64,000 nt of DNA from Vicugna vicugna (Eukaryota), in NCBI GenBank assembly GCA_013265495.1, contig MU057887.1, positions 3,683,668 through 3,747,667 of the forward strand. The letters run 5' to 3'. Within the stretch, counting starts at the first letter, position 1. The number at the start of each line of letters is the position of its first letter. The translations under genes were made by a program, and so were the position numbers. Shown here in pieces: positions 52,101 through 64,000 of the stretch. The notes below the pieces were generated by a model. The model did no database searches and had not been told where the DNA came from. It was given only the letters and a program-made list of their open reading frames with translations.

Positions 52101-53640
52101 ACACCCGACACAATGCTGGAGAAAAACAAAGCTGGAGGATTGACACCATCCGACTTCAAGCCTTACTGTACATCTACAGTAATCTAGACAGTGTGGTGTT
52201 GATGAAAACCAGACAAACAGATCGATGACACAGAACAGACAGCCCAGAAACAGGCCCACACAAATACAGGAGCTGATCTTTGACAAAGTCACAAAAGCAG
52301 CTAAATGGGACAAAGACAGTCTTCTTGAACAAGTGGTCCTGGAACAACTGGACATCTGCATGCGAAAAAAAATCAGTCTAGACACAAACCTTACATGCTT
52401 CACAGAAATTAACTCACAATGGATAGTTTGAGTTAAGCTGGAACACAAAACTATTAAAACTCCTAGAAGATAACAGGAGAATACCAAGGTAAGCTCAGGT
52501 ATGACAGTGACTTTTTAGGTACAACACCAAAGGCATCAACATGAAAGAAATAATTGGTAGCTGGACTTCACTGAAATTAAAAATTGCTCTGTGAAAACCA
52601 TCATCAAGAGATTTAGAAGACAAGCCACAGACTTGGGGAAGATATTCATAAAAGACCCCTCTGATAAAGGATTGATATCTAAAATATGCAAAGAATCCTT
52701 AAACTCAACAATAAGATAACAAACAACCCAACTTTTAAAAATGGACAGGGAAGCTGAACAGACATCTCATCAAAGAAGATATGAAGACGGCAAATAAATA
52801 TAATGAAAGATGTTCAACTTCAGGAAAATGCAAATTAAAACATCCGCGAGACACCGCTGCGCGCCTGTCAGAGGGCCAAGGCCCAGAACACTGACATCAC
52901 CAGATGCTGGCAAGGGCGTGGAGCAACGGGAACTCTCACCACTGCTGCAAAGTGGTGCAGCCGCTTTGGATGACAGTTACAGTTTCTTACCAGACTAAAC
53001 ATACTCTTGCCATATTGCCCAGTCGTGCTCCTTGGCATTTACCAAATGAGTTGAAAACTTATGACTACACAAAAACCTATATACGGATGTTCACAGCAGC
53101 TTTATTTACAGCTGCCAACACTTAGAAGCAACCAAGGAGCCCTCCAGGAGATTAAAGGATAGGGAAACTGGACCATCTAGACAATGGAATGCTACTGAGC
53201 TGAAAAGAAATGAGCTATCAAGTCATGAAAAGACATGGGGAAACCTTAGATGTGTAAGTGTAAGAGGCCTGTCTGGAAAACCCATGTGTCGTGTGATTCC
53301 AACTCTGTGACATTCCGGAAAAGACAATAAAAAGATCAGGGGTTAGGGCACACAGCGGCCTTGGGGGCAGTGAACCTGCTCTGTGCGACACAGTAACGGT
53401 GGATACACGTCGTTACACGTGTGTCCAACCCGAGGCTGAACCCTGATGTAAACCACGGACTCCGGGTGAAGACGATATGTCAGTGTAGGTTCATCCACTG
53501 TAACAGATGTCCCATCTGGTGGGGGGTGTTGATAGCGGTGGGGGCTGGAGGGGGCTGTGGGCATGCATGGGAAATCCCTGTACCTTCTGCTTCATTTTGC
53601 TGTGAACCTAAGACTGCTCTAAAAAGCAAATAACAACTAC
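49180..53640 (+). mobile_element. Long, internally deleted old LINE-1 (5' region, ORF2 pieces and 3' UTR)
   Basis: ORF2 peptides (LTQEETDNLNG.ISIK.IE.II.NLPKQK.PGP.G; QELIFDK.TKA..W.KDSL) and an L1MC-like 3' end ('tttgctgtgaacctaagactgctctaaaaa'). Confidence 0.88.
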
Positions 53641-53853
53641 AACAGAACACTTATTGGGGTTTCATAGGCCTAAAGCCACTGTGCCCAGGTCTCCCTACAC
53701 CACATGAGAGTGCCACCCACTGTCCTCCGCCGTGGCATTCTGCTGGAAGAGACTCGGGGTCGGGGCAGAGCTGCAGTCCCATCCTGGGTGCACACCCTGC
53801 CCCCCGCCGCCCCACTGTCCTCCCAGCATCTCCGGCCTCGGCCCCACACACAC

Positions 53854-53979
53854 CTTTCTTGCTGCTGGGGTCACTGTCGCCGGCCTCCTCTTCCTTGCTC
53901 TTGCGCTTGCTCTTGTTGCCGTTCTGCTGGCTGACCACCCACCTGAGGATGCTGGAGGCCACTGTGCGCCGGAAGTCGT
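53854..53979 (-). CDS. TTLL8: TTLL8 exon (126 nt, phase 1 to 1): DFRRTVASSILRWVVSQQ...DPSSKK
   Basis: Acceptor gtccttccAG (53981-53980); donor AAAG|GTGTGT (53853-53852). Confidence 0.94.
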
Positions 53980-55526
53980 CTGGAAGGACACCGAGGCCTC
54001 ACCCCCTCTGCCTGCGCTGGGGATGGCGGCCTCAGCCAGCGCCAGCCACTCTCAGCCCAGGCGCTGGGCAGCGTGCGGGGCCTCACTTCCTGCATCACAG
54101 CCCTCAGAGGACTGGCCCACTCTGCCCACAGTCTCCGTCTCCATCCTCGTCCCCACCCCTCGCGACGGGAGTCTCATACACCTTGGGACCTCCACCCCAG
54201 CGATGCACCCAGCCTGACTGCAGGCCCAGAGGCAGAACCTAGGCCCTCCCTTTCCTGGACCTGTCCTGTGCCCCCAGGGCCATGGTTCGTGGGCAGCCTC
54301 GCTGCCTCTCCCTGCCCCTGTGTCCTCAGTCCTGCACAGAAGGATCTTTCTAAGAGCCTGCCTGCTGACAGCACAGGACCCTCCCCATCACAGGAGCGTC
54401 CCTGGGCCTCCCTGGACGTGCTGGCTTCCACAGCTCTAAGTGTAGATGCCTGGGGATCCTGAGGCACCCACCTGGTGCAGAAGGCAGCTTGGGGTCCCCC
54501 AGATCCGGGGCCTGGGGCCCAGGCTGGCTCTGAGCACCTGGCACACACCAGGGCCACAGCAAGGGAGCCTTGCCCTCGTGAGTGGGCCCAGGCCACAAGG
54601 CTGCTCCCGACCACAGACCAGACCCTAATCCAAGCCATCTGGGAGGTCTGTGAGATATTCCAGCACCTTCTCTCTCAAACCTGCTCCTTCCTCATCTCAC
54701 TGAAGGCCACCCCACCTGGCATCTACTGGCCCAGCAGTTACCCCCACCCTGGAAACATCCAGAACCTCAGTCCCCTCGCAGCCTCCCCCGCGGTCCCAGG
54801 GCCTTCACCGGAGCCTCCTCTCTCCATCAGAATGCCCCCTCCCCAGACAACAGCACCTCTGCCCCAGGATGCACAGGCACACCCCCTGCTCCAGCGGCCA
54901 GAGCTCCCTTCCCTCCAAGTCTCTGCTCAAGCTCCCCCTCTGAGGCCCCCAGTGCACTCTCACTTCAGCCCAGGACCCTGCCTTGTCCTGCCTGCCTCCT
55001 GGGAGCCCAGGTGGATTCAGGGCACAGGGCAGGGGTTCTGGGCTGCATTTTCCCGGTCCCCCAGATGGGGCACTCGGGAAACATGGGCCCCTGTGAACAA
55101 CCCCACCCCTCCTGCCGAGGCCTCCCCTCCTCTCTCCTGTGACTTCCTGGCAGGTGGAACCAGGAACCCTTCTTTGTCCCCAGTCCAGAGCCTGTCATCC
55201 ACAGTGCGCCTCAGGTGCCCAGACTCGGGTCCCAGCACCTCCCCACGCCCACCTCTCACACAGTCCCCTCAGAACCAGGCTCCCGGCATTGGGCTCCCCA
55301 GCCTCCATCTGCCTCCCAGCCTCCCCTCCTGCCTTGCAGACGCTGCTCATGGACATTTCTAGACCGGCTCTCACCACGCGGAAAAGAGGTAAGGCCTTGA
55401 GTCTCTGCGTGGGACCAGGCCCTCCGCCATCACCCTAGCCTGCCTCCAGCCCCTAGCCCTGCAGCCTCCTGGGCAGGAGGATGGGAGAGGTCCTGCTGGG
55501 TTTCCGTCCATCCTCCAGCCACTTAC

Positions 55527-55641
55527 CCAGGAATTCCTGCTTGTCGCTCTCGGTGCAGAGGCCGTAGCAGCGGGGGAAGAAGGAGTCGGGGTCGGCCTGG
55601 ACATACCACGGCAGGGTCCGCATGTTCACGCACAGCCCGAT
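55527..55641 (-). CDS. TTLL8: TTLL8 exon (115 nt, phase 0 to 1): IGLCVNMRTLPWYVQADPDSFFPRCYGLCTESDKQEFL
   Basis: Acceptor ctgtctctggAG (55643-55642, GAG type); donor CTGG|GTAAGT (55526-55525). Confidence 0.94.
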
Positions 55642-56856
55642 CTCCAGAGACAGCGGCCCGTTAGGCCCGCAGGCCATGGTGACTAGTCTGAGAGCCCGCG
55701 GGCCTGGCTGGGTGGCACCAGCTCCAGGAGGGGACCCTCCCCAGCCTCCCTGACCTCTGGCCAGTCAGTCTGGGCAGCAGAGTGACCCCATGTGCAGGCC
55801 GGGGCCTTGGGTTCATCCTCTGGTCAGTGGCGGGCGAGACAGGCCCAAGGGAGGGCAGGGGTGTCTGAAGGCACCCGGGATGGAGGGCAGCGTTCCCCTC
55901 CCAGGGTCCTGCATGGCCGGGCTCGGGCCCAGGAGAGGAGGGAGAACCAGGTCGCAGGGCTATAGTGCAGCCGCACACCCCCTCTGCCCTCTGGGCACAA
56001 CGCCTGGTTGTTAGAGGCCCAGGACCAGCTGGCCCCATTTGGAGAAAAGTGCCACGTGCCGGGGAAACACAATGCCTGCTGGCTGCTGGGCACACGGGCA
56101 AGTGCCCTGCATGGGGTCTCGGCAGTATCGCCCACACCTGGAAGGACACCGGCGGCCTGAGGCCTGGCCAGGATGTGCGGGAGCCCTGGGGGCGGCCATG
56201 AGCCTCATCCCTGACCCCCCATGTCATCCTTGACTGTTAAGGGGGTGGCCCCCTTGTTGCCAGGGAAGCCCCTCTACCCAATCTCTCCCAAGAGGGTACA
56301 CGCAGGCCAGTCCATCCTGGGCTGGCCCTGTCCCTGAACCTCAGCCTTCAGGGTAAAGAAGGGATGGCTGCTTGGAGGAGGGGCTGTGGGGCTGAAAGGA
56401 GATGAAGGGGAAGTGCCTGGTGTAGTAGAGACTGTGCCAAGGCCCCCCGGCGGCTGGAAGTCATGGTGCAGGTCAGGTGGCCCCGTCCCCCTGAGATCCG
56501 GAGGCCCTCCAGGGCCCAGAGCCCAGGCCGGGCTGTGGTGGCAGCCCTCACCTGCCCCGTCTTAGGCTTGGCCTGGAGCCCAGAAGAGAGGGCTTCTGTG
56601 GCCACGGGGCCACCCAGACGCAGAGCGAGGGGCACCAGGGCTTTGGGGGGCAGGTTGTGGGGAACAGGTGCTGAGTGACTCTGGGCACTGATGCCAGGTG
56701 GCAGCCCCTGGCCAGGCCAGCAGAGGCTCGCGTCCAGGAGAGGAGCCTGGAGGTGAGCAGGCCACGCGTGGCTCTCCCAGCTCTGGGGTGCTAGTGCTTC
56801 AGCAGGGAGGGCGCTCCCCGCCGCCGGCCCCACGCCTGCCCGAGCCCTCCCCTCAC

Positions 56857-56985
56857 CTTGGTGGTGAAGGCCGCCGTCTTCCCGTAGTGGTTCAGCATCT
56901 GGTCACAGCTCAGGCTGTGATAGTCAACGATGCCCCTTTTGAGTGTCCAGAGGAAGTATGGCATTTCATTTTTTACCAACCTGGA
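56857..56985 (-). CDS. TTLL8: TTLL8 exon (129 nt, phase 0 to 0): SRLVKNEMPYFLWT...NHYGKTAAFTTK
   Basis: Acceptor ttttcttgccAG (56987-56986); donor AAG|GTGAGG (56856-56855). Confidence 0.96.
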
Positions 56986-58740
56986 CTGGCAAGAAAACCC
57001 TTCATCAATATCCAGCATCTGAGGTTCGCATCCTCTGATGGCGGGAAACACCCAGAGGAAAAGCCAGGGTTAAGGGAGGAGCAGGTGGTTCCTGAGTCCC
57101 CACCCGCCTGAACGCAGCCTCACTCACTCCCCGCATGCTTCTCGGCGCGCCCGCGGCTCGTGTGGGAGTAGCAGCGACCGCACAGGGCTTCCCTCTAGGG
57201 AAGCCAGTGCAGCAGGGAGGGGCTTCAGGCTCTGGGCTGCTTGCCCCGTGGGTGCCCGTGCCGGGCTCAGGGACAACCCATGTGTGCACGGGGAGCAGCT
57301 GTGACGCTCTGTGACCTGGGACAACGCCCCTCTCTGGCCTCTGGGGCACGGGCTCCTCCCCTCCCCTGCACCTGCTGAAGCCAGCCTGGGGTGTCCTTGG
57401 TGTCTGCGCTTTTGTGTTTTCACACGTTTGGTCAAAAATTCTGACCATACAAAGAGATACTAGAAAAGGAAAAGATCCAAAATCCTGCCCCCAGAGATGA
57501 GCCAGATACCTGGGCGAAGACCCTTAAGGGTCCCTCTCCACAGACCAGCAGAGGGAAGACCACCTCACTGTCTGTGACATGGATCAGTCAGCCCCCACCC
57601 GGTGCTCCAGCAGGACCGGCTCCTCCCACCCGACACCAGTCCTGCTGCCCAGAGGGCCCGGGGTGGGGGCTGCTGTCCCGGGGGGCGATATGCCAACGTC
57701 GCTTCCAAAACTCACCTTCACGGGCTCCCTGAACGTGGGGCTCAAGCCCTTTGCTCTTTCTCCTGCCCTAAGGGGGCGGCTGTACCTTTGTGGCCACTTT
57801 CCCACGTGAGCCTCGTTTGTCACAGTGTGTGGTGAAGTGTGTGGCGAAGTGGCTCAGATACACGGATGAAAGAGCTGCAGGGGGACCGCCCACACCCGGG
57901 ACACAGCAGCCGCTGGTTCGGAGCTGAGGCTCCTGACCAGGCCAGGACCTGCGCTCCAGGCTCCCCGCAGCCCTCCCCCGCCGCCTGCCCAGCGCCCCAG
58001 GAGCATCCACGTGGGAACCTGCCATCACATGCCCGTTGCCTGGCTGGTCTTTCCCGGTTTCCTGTCTGACTGTCATTCTGTTACCACACTGTCCGTTGGT
58101 CCACACTGTGACTATCAGACCTTTCAGATCCCATGTGCTGCAGATGCCTCCCTGCTCTCTGTGGTGTCCTTGCTTCAGCGGTCACACGCACTGCATTCTC
58201 CCCACAGTGAGCACTGTCTGGTCTTGTTCTAACTTCCTTCCCTCCCGTGAGCCGCAAACTGACCCTCCCTGGCCTTCCAGCGTCCCCTCCGTGGACGCCG
58301 CCCTGTCCAGCACCGGCCCTGGGAAGTCCGTCTTTGATGGCTGATCGGCCTCCTGGCCGACATCACGGCCATGTGGGCTGAGCCCTGAGGCTCCATCCGC
58401 CCCCGCAGGCGCATGTCCACGGCCCTGTGTCCACAGTCATCACCTCTCACGATCTCAGAGTCCTGCTCCTCAGGAGCCTTGGGGCCGTTCTGATCCTTTC
58501 CTACAGGATTTTCGCCGACTTACAGACACAGCTTGTCAACTCACACACGTATGGACACACAGGGACACACGACACACACTTGTGCACATGCACACACGTC
58601 CTGTGGTGTCCCTGGCTCTGCGAGGCCGCTCGAGAGACTGAGGTGTGACTGTAGTTTTGCACCCCGGCCCGGACACAGTGGGGCAGACGGCGGGCAGACG
58701 GCAGGCAGCGGCAAGGCCCTCGGGAGCTCACAGGACCTAC

Positions 58741-58814
58741 CATCAAGTCATGGATGTCATCTGTGTTCTCCAAAGCCTCTTCCTGATTTTCTTTGCCTTC
58801 AGAACATCTGTTTT
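58741..58814 (-). CDS. TTLL8: TTLL8 exon (74 nt, phase 1 to 0): NRCSEGKENQEEALENTDDIHDLM
   Basis: Acceptor gtatttgcAG (58816-58815); donor ATG|GTAGGT (58740-58739); matches recalled KENQEMALEKTDNIHDVM. Confidence 0.92.
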
Positions 58815-59512
58815 CTGCAAATACAACACACAGGAGATGTCAGTGTGTCGTGGCCTGAAGGTCTGACCACAGCCGAGCCCCCTACAGAGCCCCCTGCAGC
58901 CAGGCAGCACTTGTGGACCTCTCCACGACCTTGTCCGCAGGTGAGGCCACTCCTCTGCTGAGTAGGTGCCCCTGTGGGTCCTGAAGGGAGCAGAGCTGAG
59001 TCAGGCTCGGGCCATAGTACCATCCAAGTGTCCACCGCATGGCACCCCCACCAGGAGCCGTGCCGGGATCGAGGACCCAGACGTCAGCAGGGGACTGAGC
59101 TGGGCCTGGGTTGTTTGGGAGGGGGCCCAGTGTACACCCTGGAGCCAAGAGAGTGCAGGCTCTGTGCGGAGCAGGAGGGGTGGGGGTCAGGGAGGGCCAG
59201 GTGACCAGGCACTGTGAGAGGCTAAGCAGTGACCAGGGTGGGGCTGGGGCCGGAGGGGGGCAGTCAAGGCCAGAGACTAAAGGACGAAGGAAGCCTTCCA
59301 GACACAGGCGGAGGCCCAGGCGTGGACAGCGGGGACACAGAGAAGTGACCAGTGCCAGGGTTTAAGGGGCTTGCCCAGGGTGGACGCCCGGGGTAGGGGA
59401 GGCCCAGAGGCGACCTCTGCCCGAGGGTGAGGCCCACGTCTGGGAACCATGGGCTTCTCGGTCTCACCCCACTCTGGTCTGAGGACAGATACACAGATGT
59501 CCAAGGCGCTAC

Positions 59513-59651
59513 CTGCCACCCCTTCCCCGTCGCCTTCGACCTTCGCCACGGGCTTGGGCAGAAAGTGGAACTTCTTCTCCACCCAGCCCTTCCTCCGCAG
59601 GGTGGCCCGGATCACCGGGTAGTGTCCGTAGATGGAGAAAATCTTCTTCTC
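59513..59651 (-). CDS. TTLL8: TTLL8 exon (139 nt, phase 0 to 1): [33 protein letters not shown]...EGVA
   Basis: Acceptor gcaatttgAG (59653-59652, GAG type); donor GCAG|GTAGCG (59512-59511). Confidence 0.93.
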
Positions 59652-60304
59652 CTCAAATTGCAAGAGTATATTTTAAATTAAAGAGCTGAAAACAAGTTCA
59701 TCCCTTCTCTGTAGGAGGAGCCCCCAGCCAGGATGCGACAGGTCACACCAGCGGAAGACACCGCGTCCTGCCCAGGGTGGAGACACGGGGCCGGCAGCCC
59801 CCGGCAGGCCGCCTCCCTCGCGGTTGTCTGCTGCCCCAGGCGGCCTCACACCCACACTCACACAGAGCCCAGGAGGCACAACACAGCCAGGCTTTCTTTT
59901 CTCTACAGAAGTGACTGTCCCTCATGCTTGGGGAGGAGGTGTCCAAGGTTTGAGGAGGGGGAGCCACTCAAATGCCCAGGAAGGCTGGAAGGGCAGTGCC
60001 CAGGGCCCAGGGCCCGAGCCAGGGGACACTGCAGACGCTGTCCATCCCCACGGGGATGAGCTCAGCTGCATGGGGACCAGGCAGGAAGACGGCAGCCGGC
60101 GGCCCCCTCCCTTCCTGGCTGAAGGGGCAGGAGAGTAATGGTCATGCTGGGGACATAGCCAGGACAAGTTCACTGGGGTCACAGAGGGTGGTGGCTGCAG
60201 GGTGGGATCAAGAAACAGGTGCATGGTCAGCAGTGGGCTGAGGGCCTCATGAGTTTGTGAGAGCAGGAGAGGCAGTCAGGGCAGAAGCAGGGAGTGGCTC
60301 GAAC

Positions 60305-60700
60305 TCACTGTGGTCCCTACATAGACAGAATTAATAAACAAGACAAATTATCCTGGGTGGGCCTGACCTACACAGGTATGCCCCTTAAAAGAGGGCCCAG
60401 GCTTCTCTCAAGTTAGAGGCTGACAAGAGCAGACACTGTCTCTCTCCATTGGTGCCACAAACTCACAGCCACAAGGGAATGAATTCTGCCAACAGGCGGA
60501 GGGAGCTTGGAAGCAGATCCGACCCTGCTGAGCCTCCAGATGAGACCCCACCCACCTGACGCTTCATTTCAGCCTTGAGAGATGCTGCGCAGAGGGCCCA
60601 GCCTGAGTCCTGACCCACAGCAGCTGTGAGATAACACTTGGGTGTGTTTGGACAGCTCAGCTCGTAACGACTTGTTACGCAGCATCAGCAGCTAACACAG
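60305..60700 (+). mobile_element. MaLR solo LTR (MLT1E-like)
   Basis: 'ttatcctgggtgggcctgaccta', 'cagccacaagggaatgaattctgccaaca...gagcttggaagcagat' and end 'ttgttacgcagca....gctaacaca'. Confidence 0.8.
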
Positions 60701-60929
60701 GTCCCAGTGGAGGACCAGGAGCACACACCAAGATGGGCTTGTGGCTTGAAGTGGTGGGTTCAGGTTCTAGTGAAAGACCTGTGAGCCTCCTTCTACCCAG
60801 AACATCAGTCCAAAGCCCGTCCTTCCCCCACGGGGCCATGCACCCTGAGAGGGGCCGCTGTGAGGAGAGGTGGGGCGGGGGACCGTGACGGCTGGAAGGA
60901 TGTCAGCCGTCTGCAGCTCCAGCAAGACC

Positions 60930-62400
60930 CCAAGCCACTCTCAGCCCTCTGCCCCTTTGACTGGAGTCAAACTGAGCAGCTTTAGAAAACTTGAGTAATG
61001 AGCCAGCAGAGCGCAACACCTAAGGAGCTACCTACAAAGGGACAGGGAAGGGCACAAGACCTCTGACAGAGAGGGAAAGGGGGCTTAGAAAAGGAACCGG
61101 CCCACCGGCAGGCGTGAAAGGAGAGGAAACTGGGCAGACAGGACAAACTGGACGAATGAAATGGGATGGGGCTATTCCACAGTCTAATTATAGATAAACA
61201 GCCAAAGTGCTCCAGGGACAAGGCACAAAGCACCAGAACACATCTTTTCTTATCTGAATCTGTGTTGCTTACAGGAGAAACTCAAAAGCACAAGCCTACA
61301 GACAGGCAGAAAACGAAAGGTTCTAAGTATGAGGCAGAATAGACTTGGGACAAATAAGCATCACTGAAGTAAAGAAAGTCACCCCGAAATTTAAAGAAAA
61401 CGTTCAACCCGCCAGAAAGATACACTTGTGTGCACCCACTAAGAGGGATATATTATATAAAGCAAAAATTGGCACAAACACGAAGTAGACAAATCCACAA
61501 CCACAACAGGATATTTAACATGCTTCTCTCAGGAAGTTCTAGAACACAGAGACAAGAAATTCAATAAGGCTAGAAAACTTGAACAACTCAAATAACAAAG
61601 TCCACCCTGATGGCTGTGACTTCCGCACTCGACACCAACTTCCACAGAAACTAACAGGATTCCAGGCACGAGGCGGGTCTGAACCCACTTGTTGATGGAA
61701 TAACATTGCACCGATTCTCAACCACAAGGCAATCACACTAAAAACCAATAACAAAATAACTAGAAAAAATCACCAGCATAGAAATTAAGACCTATTCTTT
61801 TAAGTAACCTACGATCAATAAAAAGTGACAACATGAATCATAAAGTACTTTGAACTGAATCTCATCAAAAATACTGCAAAATGAAATTTTGTGAAATGCA
61901 GCTAAAGCAGCACTGAGAGGGATGTTTGCAGGTTGGACAATGTTTGTATTTTTGAAGGTCTCCGGAGAAAACCTGAAAGTTGAGTTCTGTGTATGTGAAA
62001 TCGCAGAAAGGACAGTGAGAGGAAGCCCGCAAAGCACAGCCGTGGTTGCCAGGATCCCGGAACAAGCTGGGCAGGAGGCAGCTTCCGCGGGTGGACGTGC
62101 TTGGTCGCGGCTGCGGGGGGTGGGGGTTGACGCGGGCTGACCGGCACCACCTGTGCGGTGCTTCTCTCTCCGGGCATCCAGCCCATCACAGCCGGGCTGT
62201 GCGCTGACGACCTGTGCACTTGCGTGTGTGCGCCGTGCTTCCAAAGAGAGCTGAGGGATGAGCGCGCGCCCGCGTGAGGCTGACTGTGGGACTCGGGGCT
62301 CCCCGACGCAAACTCGTGATAAGGACAGAGAAGCACGTCCTCAGAGCAGTTGCCTTGGAGCACCTGCCCCACCTGAAGAATGTCTGTGCTGCCCTCATCT
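60930..62400 (+). mobile_element. Old LINE-1 fragments, CpG-enriched toward the right end
   Basis: 'gaaatgcagctaaagcagcactgagagggatgtttgca' and other ORF2-like motifs. Boundaries approximate. Confidence 0.65.
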
Positions 62401-62918
62401 CCCCAAGACGCCTCCATTCTGGTGAAAGTTAAGGCGTCCCCCTGGGGAGGACGGGGCGGTGGGTGGGCGTGCCAGCTGTCCCCACGAGCTTCGAGCCCTA
62501 CAAGGGTCCTGTCCCGGCACTAAACCCTCTCACACACGGGAGCTGCCGGCCCTGTCCCCCCGGGGGGGGCCTGGGGGCAGGGGGCGTGGCTTCTGTGGAT
62601 CACCAGGAGTCTGTCCCTGACCCAGAAACCTTGTCTGGGAGGAGCCCACAGCTGCAGTCACATGATGGGGGCACACTGACCGTGTGGCTGCAGGAGAGAT
62701 TTTCACCGTGCGTGTCTGCATTTCTTGAGTTTTGGAAGTATTACTATTTCAGAAGTGCAGCCGAAATGTAGTGCCTCAGCTGTGAGTCTCCACGTGGGGC
62801 CAGGACTGGGGCAGGAAACAAGGCTGGCTTGAGCGTGTCAGAGGCAAGGGACTCATGCTCCAAATCCAAAATAAACATACAAAGCGCCCCGCACACCTCA
62901 GCCCCAAACAGCACTTAC

Positions 62919-63010
62919 CTTGACCGCCTTGTCCGTCAATTGTCTTGCTATTTTGTATTTGTCTAACTTGGGGGAAGAAAGCAAGTCTTGGGGAATTCCT
63001 CGTTTTAACT
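62919..63010 (-). CDS. TTLL8: TTLL8 exon (92 nt, phase 1 to 0): LKRGIPQDLLSSPKLDKYKIARQLTDKAVK
   Basis: Acceptor tttctctcttgcAG (63012-63011); donor AAG|GTAAGT (62918-62917); matches recalled LKQGIPQDLSSSPKLDRYKIARQLTEKAIK. Not present in the ORF track. Confidence 0.94.
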
Positions 63011-64000
63011 CTGCAAGAGAGAAACGGACATCGGGGCAAAGGGCAGAGCAAAGTGACACCTGACGCAGAGACACCAGCCTAACCCCAGCATCCAGTCCGC
63101 CTACTGCCCACCCCGCCCGTCCCCAACTCCGTCCTGACCTCAGGGGCCGCGCAGGGCCCCCAGGGTCCTGCCTCCATGCCCCCCTGCCCCCCGCCCGGCT
63201 CCAGCCCCCAGACCCTCCCCCTGCACCTCTTCGGGCCCCTCTCCAGGCTGCACCCCGCTCCCGGGCCTCGCCCGCTCTGTGCCTTTTGCCTGCGCTCCCC
63301 GGTTGCTCTGGCCTTGTGGCCTGTCTCTGCTCTCTGGGATCCCCACCCTCTGTCAGCCACTCAGTCGCCCCTCAGCCTCAGCCTGGCCCTGCCCTCCCCG
63401 CCACCAGCCCCTCTCTGCTCCCCTGTCCCACCCTGGCCACCAGACTCCCAGCAGCACACACAAAGTGCCATAGCGTCCGTGTTAAAAATTAAAATCAAAA
63501 CCCTCCGCCCTGCACTCAGCACCCTGCACACTCCCTCTTCCCACTCTCTGCTCCCCTCCCTCCACAGCCCCATCTGCTGGCTCCACCACAGACACGGCTC
63601 AGTGGGATGCGCCTGGTCCCGGCCTGCCCCTTCTCCCTTGGCCCCGCCACTCCTCACTGCCCTAACCATGGACACACCAGGCCTGGGTTCAGACCTCTAC
63701 ACGACACCTCCATGCCCACCCCTGGGCCATCTCATCCCAGACAGTGGCTTAAATTCCTCTGGGGTGGACATCTCCCACCCAAACCATCCACCTTCTCGAT
63801 GTCTTCTGGGCCCTCAGGAGCACCTCTGGAGGGAGAGGCAGGCAGCGACACCCCATCCACCCACCCACTGCTCCTCCTGCAGCCCCCACCATGCCGTGGG
63901 CCCGAGAGCCCCCCATCCACGTGGCCAGTCGATGTGGCCAAGAGAGCACTCGGAGGTGTGGACTCGCTGTCGGTGTAGGGAGGCCACCCAGGCAGTGCAG

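Larger units (their letters stand above)
15241..63010 (-). other. TTLL8: TTLL8 gene (protein monoglycylase, tubulin tyrosine ligase-like 8); 12 coding exons in the window, 5' end outside
   Basis: All exons join in frame with no stop. TTL-domain motifs [45 protein letters not shown] and WLIEINSSP are present, and the sequence closely matches recalled human and mouse TTLL8. Confidence 0.97.

Noticed and set aside
63732..63941. Possible upstream TTLL8 exon
   Set aside because: There is no resemblance to the recalled upstream peptide (…DGD..EENK) and only weak donors (GTTTGG, GTGGGA). The true exon probably lies beyond 64000.

Overview
GC-rich, repeat-dense mammalian genomic DNA. Two tRNA-derived SINEs look camelid-specific to me, so the source is probably a camel, alpaca or llama (inference). 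Two genes lie in tandem on the minus strand, in the order known from human 22q13.33. (1) TTLL8, a tubulin monoglycylase: I reconstructed 12 coding exons from 63010 down to the stop at 15241, all with GT..AG boundaries and matching phases (2348 nt, about 781 aa plus stop). Its first coding exon(s) lie beyond the right edge. (2) The 5' part of IL17REL: a signal-peptide exon (13307-13408), a 28-nt microexon (9488-9515) and an exon at 89-238, with the gene continuing off the left edge. Introns are filled with old L1 fragments, MaLR/ERVL LTRs, SINEs and microsatellites, and there is one 36-N gap. Nearly all ORFs in the supplied track are GC-rich or repeat-derived noise. I found no wholly new biological system. 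The best leads are: an intronic CpG island that appears to be a two-LTR MaLR provirus whose 5' half was rewritten toward G/C; a signal-peptide-bearing IL17REL N-terminus; a CxxC-x9-CxxC terminal exon of TTLL8 placed 17 kb from the rest of the gene and 1.8 kb from IL17REL with no canonical poly(A) signal; and two rare GAG splice acceptors in TTLL8. Gene and repeat-family assignments come from my recall of ortholog and consensus sequences, not from database searches.
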